Below are positions 45,100-59,400 of a stretch of 64,000 bases of DNA, in pieces (the first letter of the stretch is position 1; the number at the start of each line of letters is the position of its first letter). Source of the DNA: Eledone cirrhosa (lineage: Eukaryota); the NCBI GenBank assembly GCA_964016885.1, contig OZ024741.1, positions 1,364,001 through 1,428,000 of the forward strand. Direction: 5' to 3'. The notes under the pieces were generated by a model. That model saw only the letters and a program-made list of their open reading frames with translations. It ran no database searches and was not told the origin of the DNA. A program made the position numbers and the translations under genes.

Positions 45100-48000
45100 C
45101 GTACCTACAGATAGATTATTAAAGGTAAGATCTCCTGCCTTACAGATAAATTATTAAAGGTAACATCTACCTACAGATAGATTATTAAAGGTAACATCTA
45201 CCTACAGATAGATTATTAAAGGTAACATCTCCTACCTACAGATAGATTATTAAAGGTAACATCTACCTACAGATAGATAATTAAAGGTAACATCTACCTA
45301 CAGATAGATTATTAAAGGTAACATCTACCTACAGATAGATTATTAAAGGTAACATCTACTACCTACAGATAGATTATTAAAGGTAACATCTCCTACCTAC
45401 AGATAGATTATTAAAGGTAACTTCTACTTACAGATAGATTATTAAATATAACATCTCCTACCTACAGATAGATTATTAAAGGTAACATCTCCTACCTACA
45501 GATAGATTATTAAAGGTAAGATCTCCTGCCTTACAGATAAATTATTAAAGGTAACATCTACCTACAGATAGATTATTAAAGGTAACATCTACCTACAGAT
45601 AGATTATTAAAGGTAACATCTCCTACCTACAGATAGATTATTAAAGACAACATCTCCTACCTACAGATAGATTATTAAAGGTAACATCTACCTACAGATA
45701 GATTATTAAAGGCAACATCTCCTAATTACAGATAGATTATTAAAGACAACATCTCCTACCTAAAGATAGATTATTAAACGTAACATCTCCTACCTACAGA
45801 TAGATTATTAAAGGTAACATCTCCTACCTACAGATAGATTATTAAAGGTAACATCTACCTACAGATAGATGATTATACTTAACATCTCCTACCTACAGAT
45901 AGATTATTAAAGGTAACATCTACCTACACATAGATTATTAAAGACAACATCTCCTACCTACAAATAGATTATTAAAGGTAACATCTACCTACCTTCAAAT
46001 AGATTATTAAAGGTAACATCTCCTACCTACAGATAGATTATAAAAGACAACATCTCCTACCTACAGATAGATTATTAAAAGTAACATCTCCTACCTACAG
46101 ATAGATTATTAAAGACAACATATCCTACCTACAGATAGATTATTAAAGGTAACATCTCCTACCTACACATAGATTATTAAAGACAACATCTGCTAACTAC
46201 AGATAGATTATTAAAGGTAACATCTACCTACAGATAGATTATTAAAGATAACATCTCCTACCTACAGATAGATTATTAAAGCTAACATCTCCTACCTACA
46301 GATAGATTATTAAAGGTAACATCTCCTACCTACAGATAGATTATTAAAGGTAATATCTCCTACCTACAGACAGATTATTAAAGGTAACATCTCCTACCTA
46401 CAGATAGATTATTAAAGCTAACATCTCCTACCTACAGATAGATTATTAAAGGCAACATCTCCTACCTACAGATAGATTATTAAAGGTAACATCTCCTACC
46501 TACAGATAGATTATTAAAGCTAACATCTCCTACCTACAGATAGATTATTAAAGGTAACATCTCCTACCTACAGATAGATTATTAAACGTAACATCTCCTA
46601 TCTACAGATAGATTATTAAAGGTAACATCCCCTACCTACACATAGATTATTAAAGACAACATCTGCTAACTACAGATAGATTATTAAAGGTAACATCTAC
46701 CTACAGATAGATTATTAAAGATAACATCTCCTACCTACAGATAGATTATTAAAGCTAACATCTCCTACCTACAGATAGATTATTAAAGGTAACATCTCCT
46801 ACCTACACATAGATTATTAAAGACAACATCTGCTAACTACAGATAGATTATTAAAGATAACATCTACCTACAGATAGATTATTAAAGATAACATCTCCTA
46901 CCTACAGATAGATTATTAAAGGTAACATCTCCTACCTACAGATAGATTATTAAAGATAACATCTCCTACCTACAGATAGATTATTAAAGGTAACATCTCC
47001 TACCTACACATAGATTATTAAAGACAACATCTGCTAACTACAGATAGATTATTAAAGGTAACATCTACCTACAGATAGATTATTAAAGATAACATCTCCT
47101 ACCTACAGATAGATTATTAAAGCTAACATCTCCTACCTACAGATAGATTATTAAAGGTAACATCTCCTACCTACACATAGATTATTAAAGACAACATCTG
47201 CTAACTACAGATAGATTATTAAAGGTAACATCTACCTACAGATAGATTATTAAAGATAACATCTCCTACCTACAGATAGATTATTAAAGGTAACATCTCC
47301 TACCTACAGATAGATTATTAAAGGTAACATCTACCTACAGATAGATTATTAAAGCTAACATCTCCTACCTACAGATAGATTATTAAAGGTCAAATCTCCT
47401 ACCTACAGATAGATTATTAAAGGTAACATCTCCTACCTACAGATAGATTATTAAAGGTAACATCTCCTACCTACAGATAGATTATTAAAGGTAACATCTC
47501 CTACCTACAGATAGATTATTAAAGGTAACATCTCCTACCTACAGATAGATTATTAAAGGTAACATCTCCTACCTACAGATAGAATATTAAAGGTAACATC
47601 TCCTACCTACAGATAGATTATTAAAGGTAACATCTCCTGCCTTACAGATAAATTATTAAAGGTAACATCTACCTACATATAGATTATTAAAGGTAACATC
47701 TCCTATCTACAGATAGATTATTAAAGGCAACATTTACCTACAGATAGATTATTAAAGGTAACCTCTCCTACCTACAGATAGATTATTAAAGGTAACATCT
47801 CCTACCTACAGATAGATTATTAAAGGTAACATCTACCTACAGATAGATGATTAAACTTAACATCTCCTACATACAGATAGATTATTAAAGGTAACATCTA
47901 ACTACAGATAGATTATTAAAGGTAACATCTCCTACCTGAAGATAGATTATTAAAGGTAACATCTACTACCTACAGATAGATTATTAAAGGTAACATCTCC

Positions 48001-51000
48001 TACCTACAGATAGATTATTAAAGGTAACATCTACCTACAGATAGATTATTAAAAGTAACATCTCCTACCTACAGATAGATTATTAAAGGTAACTCCTACC
48101 TACAGATAGATTATTAAAGGTAACATCTCCTATCTACAGATAGATTATTAAAGGTAACATCTCCTACCTACAGATAGATTATTAAAGGTAACATCTCCTA
48201 CCTACAGATAGATTATTAAAGGTAACATCTACCTACAGATAGATTATTAAAGACAACATCTCCTACCTACAGATAGATTATTAAAGGGAACATCTACCTA
48301 CAGATAGATTATTAAAGGTAACATCTCCTATCTACAGATAGATTATTAAAAACAACATCTCCTACCTACAGATAGATTATTAAAGGTAACATCTAACTAC
48401 AAATAGATTATTTAAGGTAAGATCTCCTACCTACAGATAGATTATTAAAGGTAACAACTCCTACCTACAGATAGATTATTAAAGGTAACATCTCCTACCA
48501 ACAGATTGATTATTAAAGGTAACACCTCCTACCTACAGATAGATTATTAAAGGTAACATCTACCTACAGATAGATTATTAAAGGTAACATCTACCTACAG
48601 ATAGATTATTAAAGACAACATCTCCTAACTACAGATAGATTATTAAAGGTAACATCTACCTACAGATAGTTTATTAAAGGTAACATCTCCTACCTACAGA
48701 TAGATTATTAAAGGTAACATCTACCTACAGATAGATTATTAAAGACAACATCTCCTACAGATAGATTATAAAAAGGTAACATCTCCTACCTACAGATAGA
48801 TTATTAAAGGTAACATCTCCTACCTACAGATAGATTATTAAAGGTAACATCTACCTACAGATAGATTATTAAAGGTAACATCTACCTACAGATAGATTAT
48901 AAAAGACAACATCTCCTACCTACAGATAGATTATTAAAGGTAACATCTACCTACAGATAGATTATTAAAAGTAACATCTCCTACCTACAGATAGATTATT
49001 AAAGGTAACTTCTACCTACAGATAGATTATTAAAGGTAACATCTACCTACAGATAGATTATTAAAGGTAACATCTCCTACCTACAGATAGATTATTAAAG
49101 ACAACATCTCCTACCTACAGATAGATTATTAAAGGTAACATCTACCTACAGATAGATTATTAAAGGCAACATCTCCTAATTACAGATAGATTATTAAAGA
49201 CAACATCTCCTACCTAAAGATAGATTATTAAACGTAACATCTCCTACCTACAGATAGATTATTAAAGGTAACATCTCCTACCTACAGATAGATTATTAAA
49301 GGTAACATCTACCTACAGATAGATGATTATACTTAACATCTCCTACCTACAGATAGATTATTAAAGGTAACATCTACCTACACATAGATTATTAAAGACA
49401 ACATCTCCTACCTACAAATAGATTATTAAAGGTAACATCTACCTACCTTCAAATAGATTATTAAAGGTAACATCTCCTACCTACAGATAGATTATAAAAG
49501 ACTACATCTCCTACCTACAGATAGATTATTAAAAGTAACATCTCCTACCTACAGATAGATTATTAAAGACAACATATCCTACCTACAGATAGATTATTAA
49601 AGGTAACATCTCCTACCTACACATAGATTATTAAAGACAACATCTGCTAACTACAGATAGATTATTAAAGGTAACATCTACCTACAGATAGATTATTAAA
49701 GATAACATCTCCTACCTACAGATAGATTATTAAAGCTAACATCTCCTACCTACAGATAGATTATTAAAGGTAACATCTCCTACCTACAGATAGATTATTA
49801 AAGGTAATATCTCCTACCTACAGACAGATTATTAAAGGTAACATCTCCTACCTACAGATAGATTATTAAAGGCAACATCTCCTACCTACAGATAGATTAT
49901 TAAAGGTAACATCTCCTACCTACAGATAGATTATTAAAGCTAACATCTCCTACCTACAGATAGATTATTAAAGGTAACATCTCCTACCTACAGATAGATT
50001 ATTAAACGTAACATCTCCTATCTACAGATAGATTATTAAAGGTAACATCCCCTACCTACACATAGATTATCAAAGACAACATCTGCTAACTACAGATAGA
50101 TTATTAAAGGTAACATCTACCTACAGATAGATTATTAAAGATAACATCTCCTACCTACAGATAGATTATTAAAGCTAACATCTCCTACCTACAGATAGAT
50201 TATTAAAGGTAACATCTCCTACCTACACATAGATTATTAAAGACAACATCTGCTAACTACAGATAGATTATTAAAGATAACATCTACCTACAGATAGATT
50301 ATTAAAGATAACATCTCCTACCTACAGATAGATTATTAAAGGTAACATCTCCTACCTACAGATAGATTATTAAAGATAACATCTCCTACCTACAGATAGA
50401 TTATTAAAGGTAACATCTCCTACCTACACATAGATTATTAAAGACAACATCTGCTAACTACAGATAGATTATTAAAGGTAACATCTACCTACAGATAGAT
50501 TATTAAAGATAACATCTCCTACCTACAGATAGATTATTAAAGCTAACATCTCCTACCTACAGATAGATTATTAAAGGTAACATCTCCTACCTACACATAG
50601 ATTATTAAAGACAACATCTGCTAACTACAGATAGATTATTAAAGGTAACATCTACCTACAGATAGATTATTAAAGATAACATCTCCTACCTACAGATAGA
50701 TTATTAAAGGTAACATCTCCTACCTACAGATAGATTATTAAAGCTAACATCTCCTACCTACAGATAGATTATTAAAGGTCAAATCTCCTACCTACAGATA
50801 GATTATTAAAGGTAACATCTCCTACCTACAGATAGATTATTAAAGGTAACATCTCCTACCTACAGATAGATTATTAAAGGTAACATCTCCTACCTACAGA
50901 TAGATTATTAAAGGTAACATCTCCTACCTACAGATAGATTATTAAAGGTAACATCTCCTACCTACAGATAGAATATTAAAGGTAACATCTCCTACCTACA

Positions 51001-54000
51001 GATAGATTATTAAAGGTAACATCTCCTGCCTTACAGATAAATTATTAAAGGTAACATCTACCTACATATAGATTATTAAAGGTAACATCTCCTATCTACA
51101 GATAGATTATTAAAGGCAACATTTACCTACAGATAGATTATTAAAGGTAACCTCTCCTACCTACAGATAGATTATTAAAGGTAACATCTCCTACCTACAG
51201 ATAGATTATTAAAGGTAACATCTACCTACAGATAGATGATTAAACTTAACATCTCCTACATACAGATAGATTATTAAAGGTAACATCTAACTACAGATAG
51301 ATTATTAAAGGTAACATCTCCTACCTGAAGATAGATTATTAAAGGTAACATCTACTACCTACAGATAGATTATTAAAGGTAACATCTCCTACCTACAGAT
51401 AGATTATTAAAGGTAACATCTACCTACAGATAGATTATTAAAAGTAACATCTCCTACCTACAGATAGATTATTAAAGGTAACTCCTACCTACAGATAGAT
51501 TATTAAAGGTAACATCTCCTATCTACAGATAGATTATTAAAGGTAACATCTCCTACCTACAGATAGATTATTAAAGGTAACATCTCCTACCTACAGATAG
51601 ATTATTAAAGGTAACATCTACCTACAGATAGATTATTAAAGACAACATCTCCTACCTACAGATAGATTATTAAAGGGAACATCTACCTACAGATAGATTA
51701 TTAAAGGTAACATCTCCTATCTACAGATAGATTATTAAAAACAACATCTCCTACCTACAGATAGATTATTAAAGGTAACATCTAACTACAAATAGATTAT
51801 TTAAGGTAAGATCTCCTACCTACAGATAGATTATTAAAGGTAACAACTCCTACCTACAGATAGATTATTAAAGGTAACATCTCCTACCAACAGATTGATT
51901 ATTAAAGGTAACACCTCCTACCTACAGATAGATTATTAAAGGTAACATCTACCTACAGATAGATTATTAAAGGTAACATCTACCTACAGATAGATTATTA
52001 AAGACAACATCTCCTAACTACAGATAGATTATTAAAGGTAACATCTACCTACAGATAGTTTATTAAAGGTAACATCTCCTACCTACAGATAGATTATTAA
52101 AGGTAACATCTCCTACCTACAGATAGATTATTAAAGGTAACATCTACCTACAGATAGATTATTAAAGGTAACATCTACCTACAGATAGATTATAAAAGAC
52201 AACATCTCCTACCTACAGATAGATTATTAAAGGTAACATCTACCTACAGATAGATTATTAAAAGTAACATCTCCTACCTACAGATAGATTATTAAAGGTA
52301 ACTTCTACCTACAGATAGATTATTAAAGGTAACATCTACCTACAGATAGATTATTAAAGGTAACATCTCCTATCTACAGATAGATTATTAAAGGTAACAT
52401 CTCCTACCTACAGATAGATTATTAAAGGTAACATCTAACTACAGATAGATTATTTAAGGTAACATCTTCTACCTACAAATAGATTATTAAAGGTAACAAC
52501 TCCTACCTACAGATAGATTATTAAAGGTAACATCTCCTACCTACAGATAGATTATTAAAGGTAACATCTACCTACAGATAGATTATTAAAGGTAACATCT
52601 ACCTACAGATAGATTATTAAAGATAACATCTCCTAACTACAGATAGATTATTAAAGGTAACATCTACCTACAGATAGTTTATTAAAGGTAACATCTCCTA
52701 CCTACAGATAGATTATTAAATGTAACATCTACCTACAGATAGATTATTAAAGACAACATCTCCTACAGATAGATTATAAAAGACAACATCTCCTACCTAC
52801 AAATAGATTATTAAAGGTAACATCTACCTACCTTCAGATAGATTATTAAAGGTAACATCTCCTACCTACAGATAGGTTATAAAAGACAACATCTCCTACC
52901 TACAGATAGAATATTAAAAGTAACATCTCCTACCTACAGATAGATTATTAAAGACAACATATCCTACCTACAGATAGATTATTAAAGGTAACATCTCCTA
53001 CCTACACATAGATTATTAAAGACAACATCTGCTAACTACAGATAGATTATTAAAGGTAACATCTACCTACAGATAGATTATTAAAGATAACATCTCCTAC
53101 CTACAGATAGATTATTAAAGCTAACATCTCCTACCTACAGATAGATTATTAAAGGTAACATCTCCTACCTACAGATAGATTATTAAAGGTAATATCTCCT
53201 ACCTACAGACAGATTATTAAAGGTAACATCTCCTACCTACAGATAGATTATTAAAGGTAACATCTCCTACCTACAGATAGATTATTAAAGGTAACATCTC
53301 CTACCTACAGATAGATTTTTAAAGCTAACATCTCCTACCTACAGATAGATTATTAAAGGTAACATCTCCTACCTACAGATAGATTATTAAACGTAACATC
53401 TCCTATCTACAGATAGATTATTAAAGGTAACATCCCCTACCTACACATAGATTATTAAAGACAACATCTGCTAACTACAGATAGATTATTAAAGGTAACA
53501 TCTCCTACCTACAGATAGATTATTAAAGGTAATATCTCCTACCTACAGACAGATTATTAAAGGTAACATCTCCTACCTACAGATAGATTATTAAAGATAA
53601 CATCTCCTACCTACAGATAGATTATTAAAGCTAACATCTCCTACCTACAGATAGATTATTAAAGGTAACATCTCCTACCTACACATAGATTATTAAAGAC
53701 AACATCTGCTAACTACAGATAGATTATTAAAGGTAACATCTACCTACAGATAGATTATCAAAGATAACATCTCCTACCTACAGATAGATTATTAAAGGTA
53801 ACATCTCCTACCTACAGATAGATTATTAAAGGTAACATCTCCTACCTACAGATAGATTATTAAAGGTAACATCTCCTACCTAGAGATAGATTATTAAAGG
53901 TAACATCTCCTACCTACAGATAGATTATTAAAGGTAACATCTCCTACCTACAGATAGATTATTAAAGGTAACATCTCCTGCCTTACAGATAAATTATTAA

Positions 54001-56450
54001 AGGTAACAACTACCTACAGATAGATTATTAAAGGTAACATCTCCTATCTACAGATAGATTATTAAAGGCAACATTTACCTACAGATAGATTATTAAAGGT
54101 AACATCTCCTACCTACAGATAGATTATTAAAGGTAACATCTCCTACCTACAGATAGATTATTAAAGGTAACATCTACCTACAGATAGATGATTAAACTTA
54201 ACATCTCCTACATACAGATAGATTATTAAAGGTAACATCTCCTACCTACAGATAGATTATTAAAGGTAACATCTACTACCTACAGATAGATTATTAAAGG
54301 TAACATCTCCTACCTACAGATAGATTATTAAAGGTAACATCTCCTACCTACAGATAGATTATTAAAGGTAACATCTACCTACAGATAGATTATTAAAAGT
54401 AACATCTCCTACCTACAGATAGATTATTAAAGGTAACTTCTACCTACAGATAGATTATTATAGGTAACATCTACCTACAGATAGATTATTAAAGGTAACA
54501 TCTCCTATCTACAGATAGATTATTAAAGGTAACATCTCCTACCTACAGATAGATTATTAAAGGTAACATCTCCTACCTACAGATAGATTATTAAAGGTAA
54601 CATCTACCTACAGATAGATTATTAAAGACATCTCCTACCTACAGATAGATTATTAAAGGTAATATCTACCTACAGATAGATTATTAAAGGTAACATCTCC
54701 TACCTACAGATAGATTATTAAAGGTAACATCTACCTACAGATAGATTATTAAAGACAACATCTCCTACCTACAGATAGATTATTAAAAACAACATCTCCT
54801 ACCTACAGATAGATTATTAAAGGTAACATCTAACTACAGATAGATTATTTAAGGTAACATCTCCTACCTACAGATAGATTATTAAAGGTAACAACTCCTA
54901 CCTACAGATAGATTATTAAAGGTAACATCTCCTACCAACAGATTGATTATTAAAGGTAACACCTCCTACCTACAGATAGATTATTAAAGGTAACATCTAC
55001 CTACAGATAGATTATTAAAGGTAACCTCTACCTACAGATAGATTATTAAAGACAACATCTCCTAACTACAGATAGATTATTAAAGGTAACATCTACCTAC
55101 AGATAGTTTATTAAAGGTAACATCTCCTACCTACAGATAGATTATTAAAGGTAACATCTACCTACAGATAGATTATTAAAGACAACATCTCCTACAGATA
55201 GATTATTAAAGGTAACATCTCCTACCTACAGATAGATTATTAAAGGTAACATCTCCTACCTACAGATAGATTATTAAAGGTAACATCTACCGACAGATAG
55301 ATTATTAAAGGTAACATCTACCTACAGATAGATTATAAAAGACAACATCTCCTACCTACAGATAGATTATTAAAGGTAACATCTACCTACAGATAGATTA
55401 TTAAAAGTAACATCTCCTACCTACAGATAGATTATTAAAGGTAACTTCTACCTACAGATAGATTATTAAAGGTAACATCTACCTACAGATAGATTATTAA
55501 AGGTAACATCTCCTATCTACAGATAGATTATTAAAGGTAACATCTCCTACCTACAGATAGATTATTAAAGGTAACATCTCCTACCTACAGATAGATTATT
55601 AAAGGTAACATCTACCTACAGATAGATTATTAAAGACATCTCCTACCTACAGATAGATTATTAAAGGTAATATCTACCTACAGATAGATTATTAAAGGTA
55701 ACATCTCCTACCTACAGATAGATTATTAAAGGTAACATCTGCCTACAGATAGATTATTAAAGACAACATCTCCTACCTACAGATAGATTATTAAAGGTAA
55801 CATCTACCTACAGATAGATTATTAAAGGTAACATCTCCTATCTACAGATAGATTATTAAAAACAACATCTCCTACCTACAGATAGATTATTAAAGGTGAC
55901 ATCTAACTACAGATAGATTATTTAAGGTAACATCTCCTACCTCAGATAGATTATTAAAGGTAACAACTCCTACCTACAGATAGATTATTAAAGGTAACAT
56001 CTCCTACCAACAGATTGATTATTAAAGGTAACACCTCCTACCTACAGAGAAGATTATTAAAGTAACATCTACCTACAGATAGATTATTAAAGGTAACATC
56101 TACCTACAGATAGATTATTAAAGACAACATCTCCTAACTACAGAGAGATTATTAAAGGTAACATCTACCTACAGATAGTTTATTAAAGGTAACATCTCCT
56201 ACCTACAGATAGATTATTAAAGGTAACATCTACCTACAGATAGATTATTAATAACAACATCTCCTACAGATAGATTATAAAAGACAACATCTCCTACCTA
56301 CAGATAGATTATAAAAGACAACATCTCCTACCTACAGATAGATTATTAAAAGTAACATCTCCTACCTACAGATAGATTATTAAAGACAACATTTCCTACC
56401 TACAGATAGATTATTAAAGGTAACATCTCCTACCTACACATAGATTATTA
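45100..56450. repeat. Second array domain with private variants and a ~3.4-kb higher-order repeat (two close copies plus a diverged third)
   Basis: Variants TGCTAACT, AAAGCTAAC, AAACGTAAC, CCTTCA, CAGACAGA, GGTCAAAT, CCTGAAG and AAGGGAAC were not seen upstream. Offsets are 3454 (GATTATACTT 45871/49325) and 3389 (CAAAT 47391/50780; GGG 48286/51675). Confidence 0.85.
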
Positions 56451-56469
56451 AAGGTAACACCTCCTACCT

Positions 56470-59400
56470 ACAGATAGATTATTAATGTTAACATCTACCT
56501 ACAGATAGATTATTAAAGGTAACATCTACCTACAGATAGATTATTAAAGGTAACATCTACCTAAAGAGAGATTATTAAAGGTAACATCTCCTACCTATAG
56601 ATAGATTATTAAAGGTAACATCTACCTACAGATAGATTATTAAAGGTAACATCTACCTACAGATAGATTAGTAAAGGTAACATCTCCTACCTACAGATAG
56701 ATTATTAAAGGTAACAACTCCTACCTACAGATAGATTATTAAAGGTAACATCTCCTACCTACAGATAGACAATTAAAGGTAACTTCTAACTACAGATAAA
56801 TTATTAAAGGTAACATCTCCTACCTACAGGTAGATTATTAAAGGTAACATCTCCTAACTACAGATAGATTATTAAAGGTAACATCTACCTACAGATAGAT
56901 TATTAAAGGTAACATCTCCTACCTACAGATATATCATTTAAGGTAACATCTACCTACAGATAGATTATTAAAGGTAACATCTCCTAGCTACAGATAGATT
57001 ATTAAAGGTAACATCTACCTACAGATAGATTATTAAAGGTAACATCTCCTACCTACAGATAGATTATAAAAGGTAACATCTCCTACCTACAGATAGATTA
57101 TTAAAGGTAACATCTGCCTGCAGATAGAATATTAAAGGTAACATGTCCTACCTACAGATAGATTATTAAAGGTAACATCTCCTGCCTACATATAGGTTAT
57201 TAAAGGTAACATGACCTACCTACAGATAGATTATTAAAGGTAACATCTCCTACCTACAGATAGATTATTAAAGGTAACATCTCCTACCTACAGATAGATT
57301 ATTAAAGGTAACATCTCCTACCTACAGATAGATTATTAAAGGTAACATCTCCTACCTACAGATAGATTATTAAAGGTAACATCTCCTACCTACAGATAGA
57401 TTATTAAAGGTAACATGTCCTACCTACAGATAGATTATTAAAGGTAACATCTCCTGCCTACAGATAGATTATTAAAGGTAACATCTCCTACCTACAGATA
57501 GATTATTAAAGGTAACATCTCCTACCTACAGATAGATTATTAAAGGTAACATCTCCTACCTACAGATAGATTATTAAAGGTAACATCTACCTACAGATAG
57601 ATTATCAAAGGTAACATCTCCTACCTACAGATAGATTATTAAAGGTAACATCTCCTACCTACAGATAGATTATTAAAGGTATCATCTCCTACCTACAGGT
57701 AGATTATTAAAGGTAACATCTCCTACCTACAGGTAGATTATTAAAGGTAACATCTCCTATCTACAGATAGATTATTAAAGGTAACATCTACCTACAGATA
57801 GATTATTAAAGGTAACATCTCCTACCTACAGATAGATTATTAAAGGTAACATCTCCTACCTACAGATAGATTATTAAAGGTAACATCTCCTACCAACAGA
57901 TAGATTATTAAAGGTAACATCTCCTACCTACAGGTAGATTATTAAAGGTAACATCTCCTACCTATAGATAGATTATTAAAGGTAACATCTCTTACCTACA
58001 GATAGATTATTAAAGGTAACATCTCCTATCTACAGATAGATTATTTAAGGTAACATCTACCTACAGATAGATTATTAAAGGTAGCATCTACCTACAGATA
58101 GATTATTAAAGTTAACATCTACTACCTACAGTTAGATTATTAAAGACAACATCTCCTACCTACAGGTAGATTATTAAAGGTAACATCTCCTACCTACAGG
58201 TAGATTATTAAAGGTAACATCTTCCTACAGATAGATTATTAATGTTAACATCTACCTACAGATAGATTATTAAAGGTAACATCTACCTACAGATAGATTA
58301 TTAAAGGTAACATCTACCTAAAGAGAGATTATTAAAGGTAACATCTCTTACCTATAGATAGATTATTAAAGGTAACATCTACCTACAGATAGATTATTAA
58401 AGGTAACATCTACCTACAGATAGATTAGTAAAGGTAACATCTCCTACCTACAGATAGATTATTAAAGGTAACAACTCCTACCTACAGATAGATTATTAAA
58501 GGTAACATCTCCTACCTACAGATAGACAATTAAAGGTAACTTCTAACTACAGATAAATTATTAAAGGTAACATCTCCTACCTACAGGTAGATTATTAAAG
58601 GTAACATCTCCTACCTACAGATAGATTATTAAAGGTAACATCTCCTAACTACAGATAGATTATTAAAGGTAACATCTACCTACAGATAGATTATTAAAGG
58701 TAACATCTACCTACAGATAGATTGTTAAAGGTAACATCTCCTACCTACAGATATATCATTTAAGGTAACATCTACCTACAGATAGATTATTAAAGGTAAC
58801 ATCTCCTACCTACAGATAGATTATTAAAGGTAACATCTACCTACAGATAGATTATTAAAGGTAACATCTCCTACCTACAGATAGATTATAAAAGGTAACA
58901 TCTCCTACCTACAGATAGATTATTAAAGGTAACATCTGCCTGCAGATAGAATATTAAAGGTAACATGTCCTACCTACAGATAGATTATTAAAGGTAACAT
59001 CTCCTGCCTACATATAGGTTATTAAAGGTAACATGACCTACCTACAGATAGATTATTAAAGGTAACATCTCCTACCTACAGATAGATTATTAAAGGTAAC
59101 ATCTCCTACCTACAGATAGATTATTAAAGGTAACATCTCCTACCTACAGATAGATTATTAAAGGTAACATCTCCTACCTACAGATAGATTATTAAAGGTA
59201 ACATCTCCTACCTACAGATAGATTATTAAAGGTAACATGTCCTACCTACAGATAGATTATTAAAGGTAACATCTCCTGCCTACAGATAGATTATTAAAGG
59301 TAACATCTCCTACCTACAGATAGATTATTAAAGGTAACATCTCCTACCTACAGATAGATTATTAAAGGTAACATCTCCTACCTACAGATAGATTATTAAA

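Noticed and set aside
55935-56065. Single-base indels (CCTCAGAT, CAGAGAAGATT, TTAAAGTAAC) near the domain boundary
   Set aside because: These are singletons that cannot be distinguished from sequencing or consensus errors without reads.
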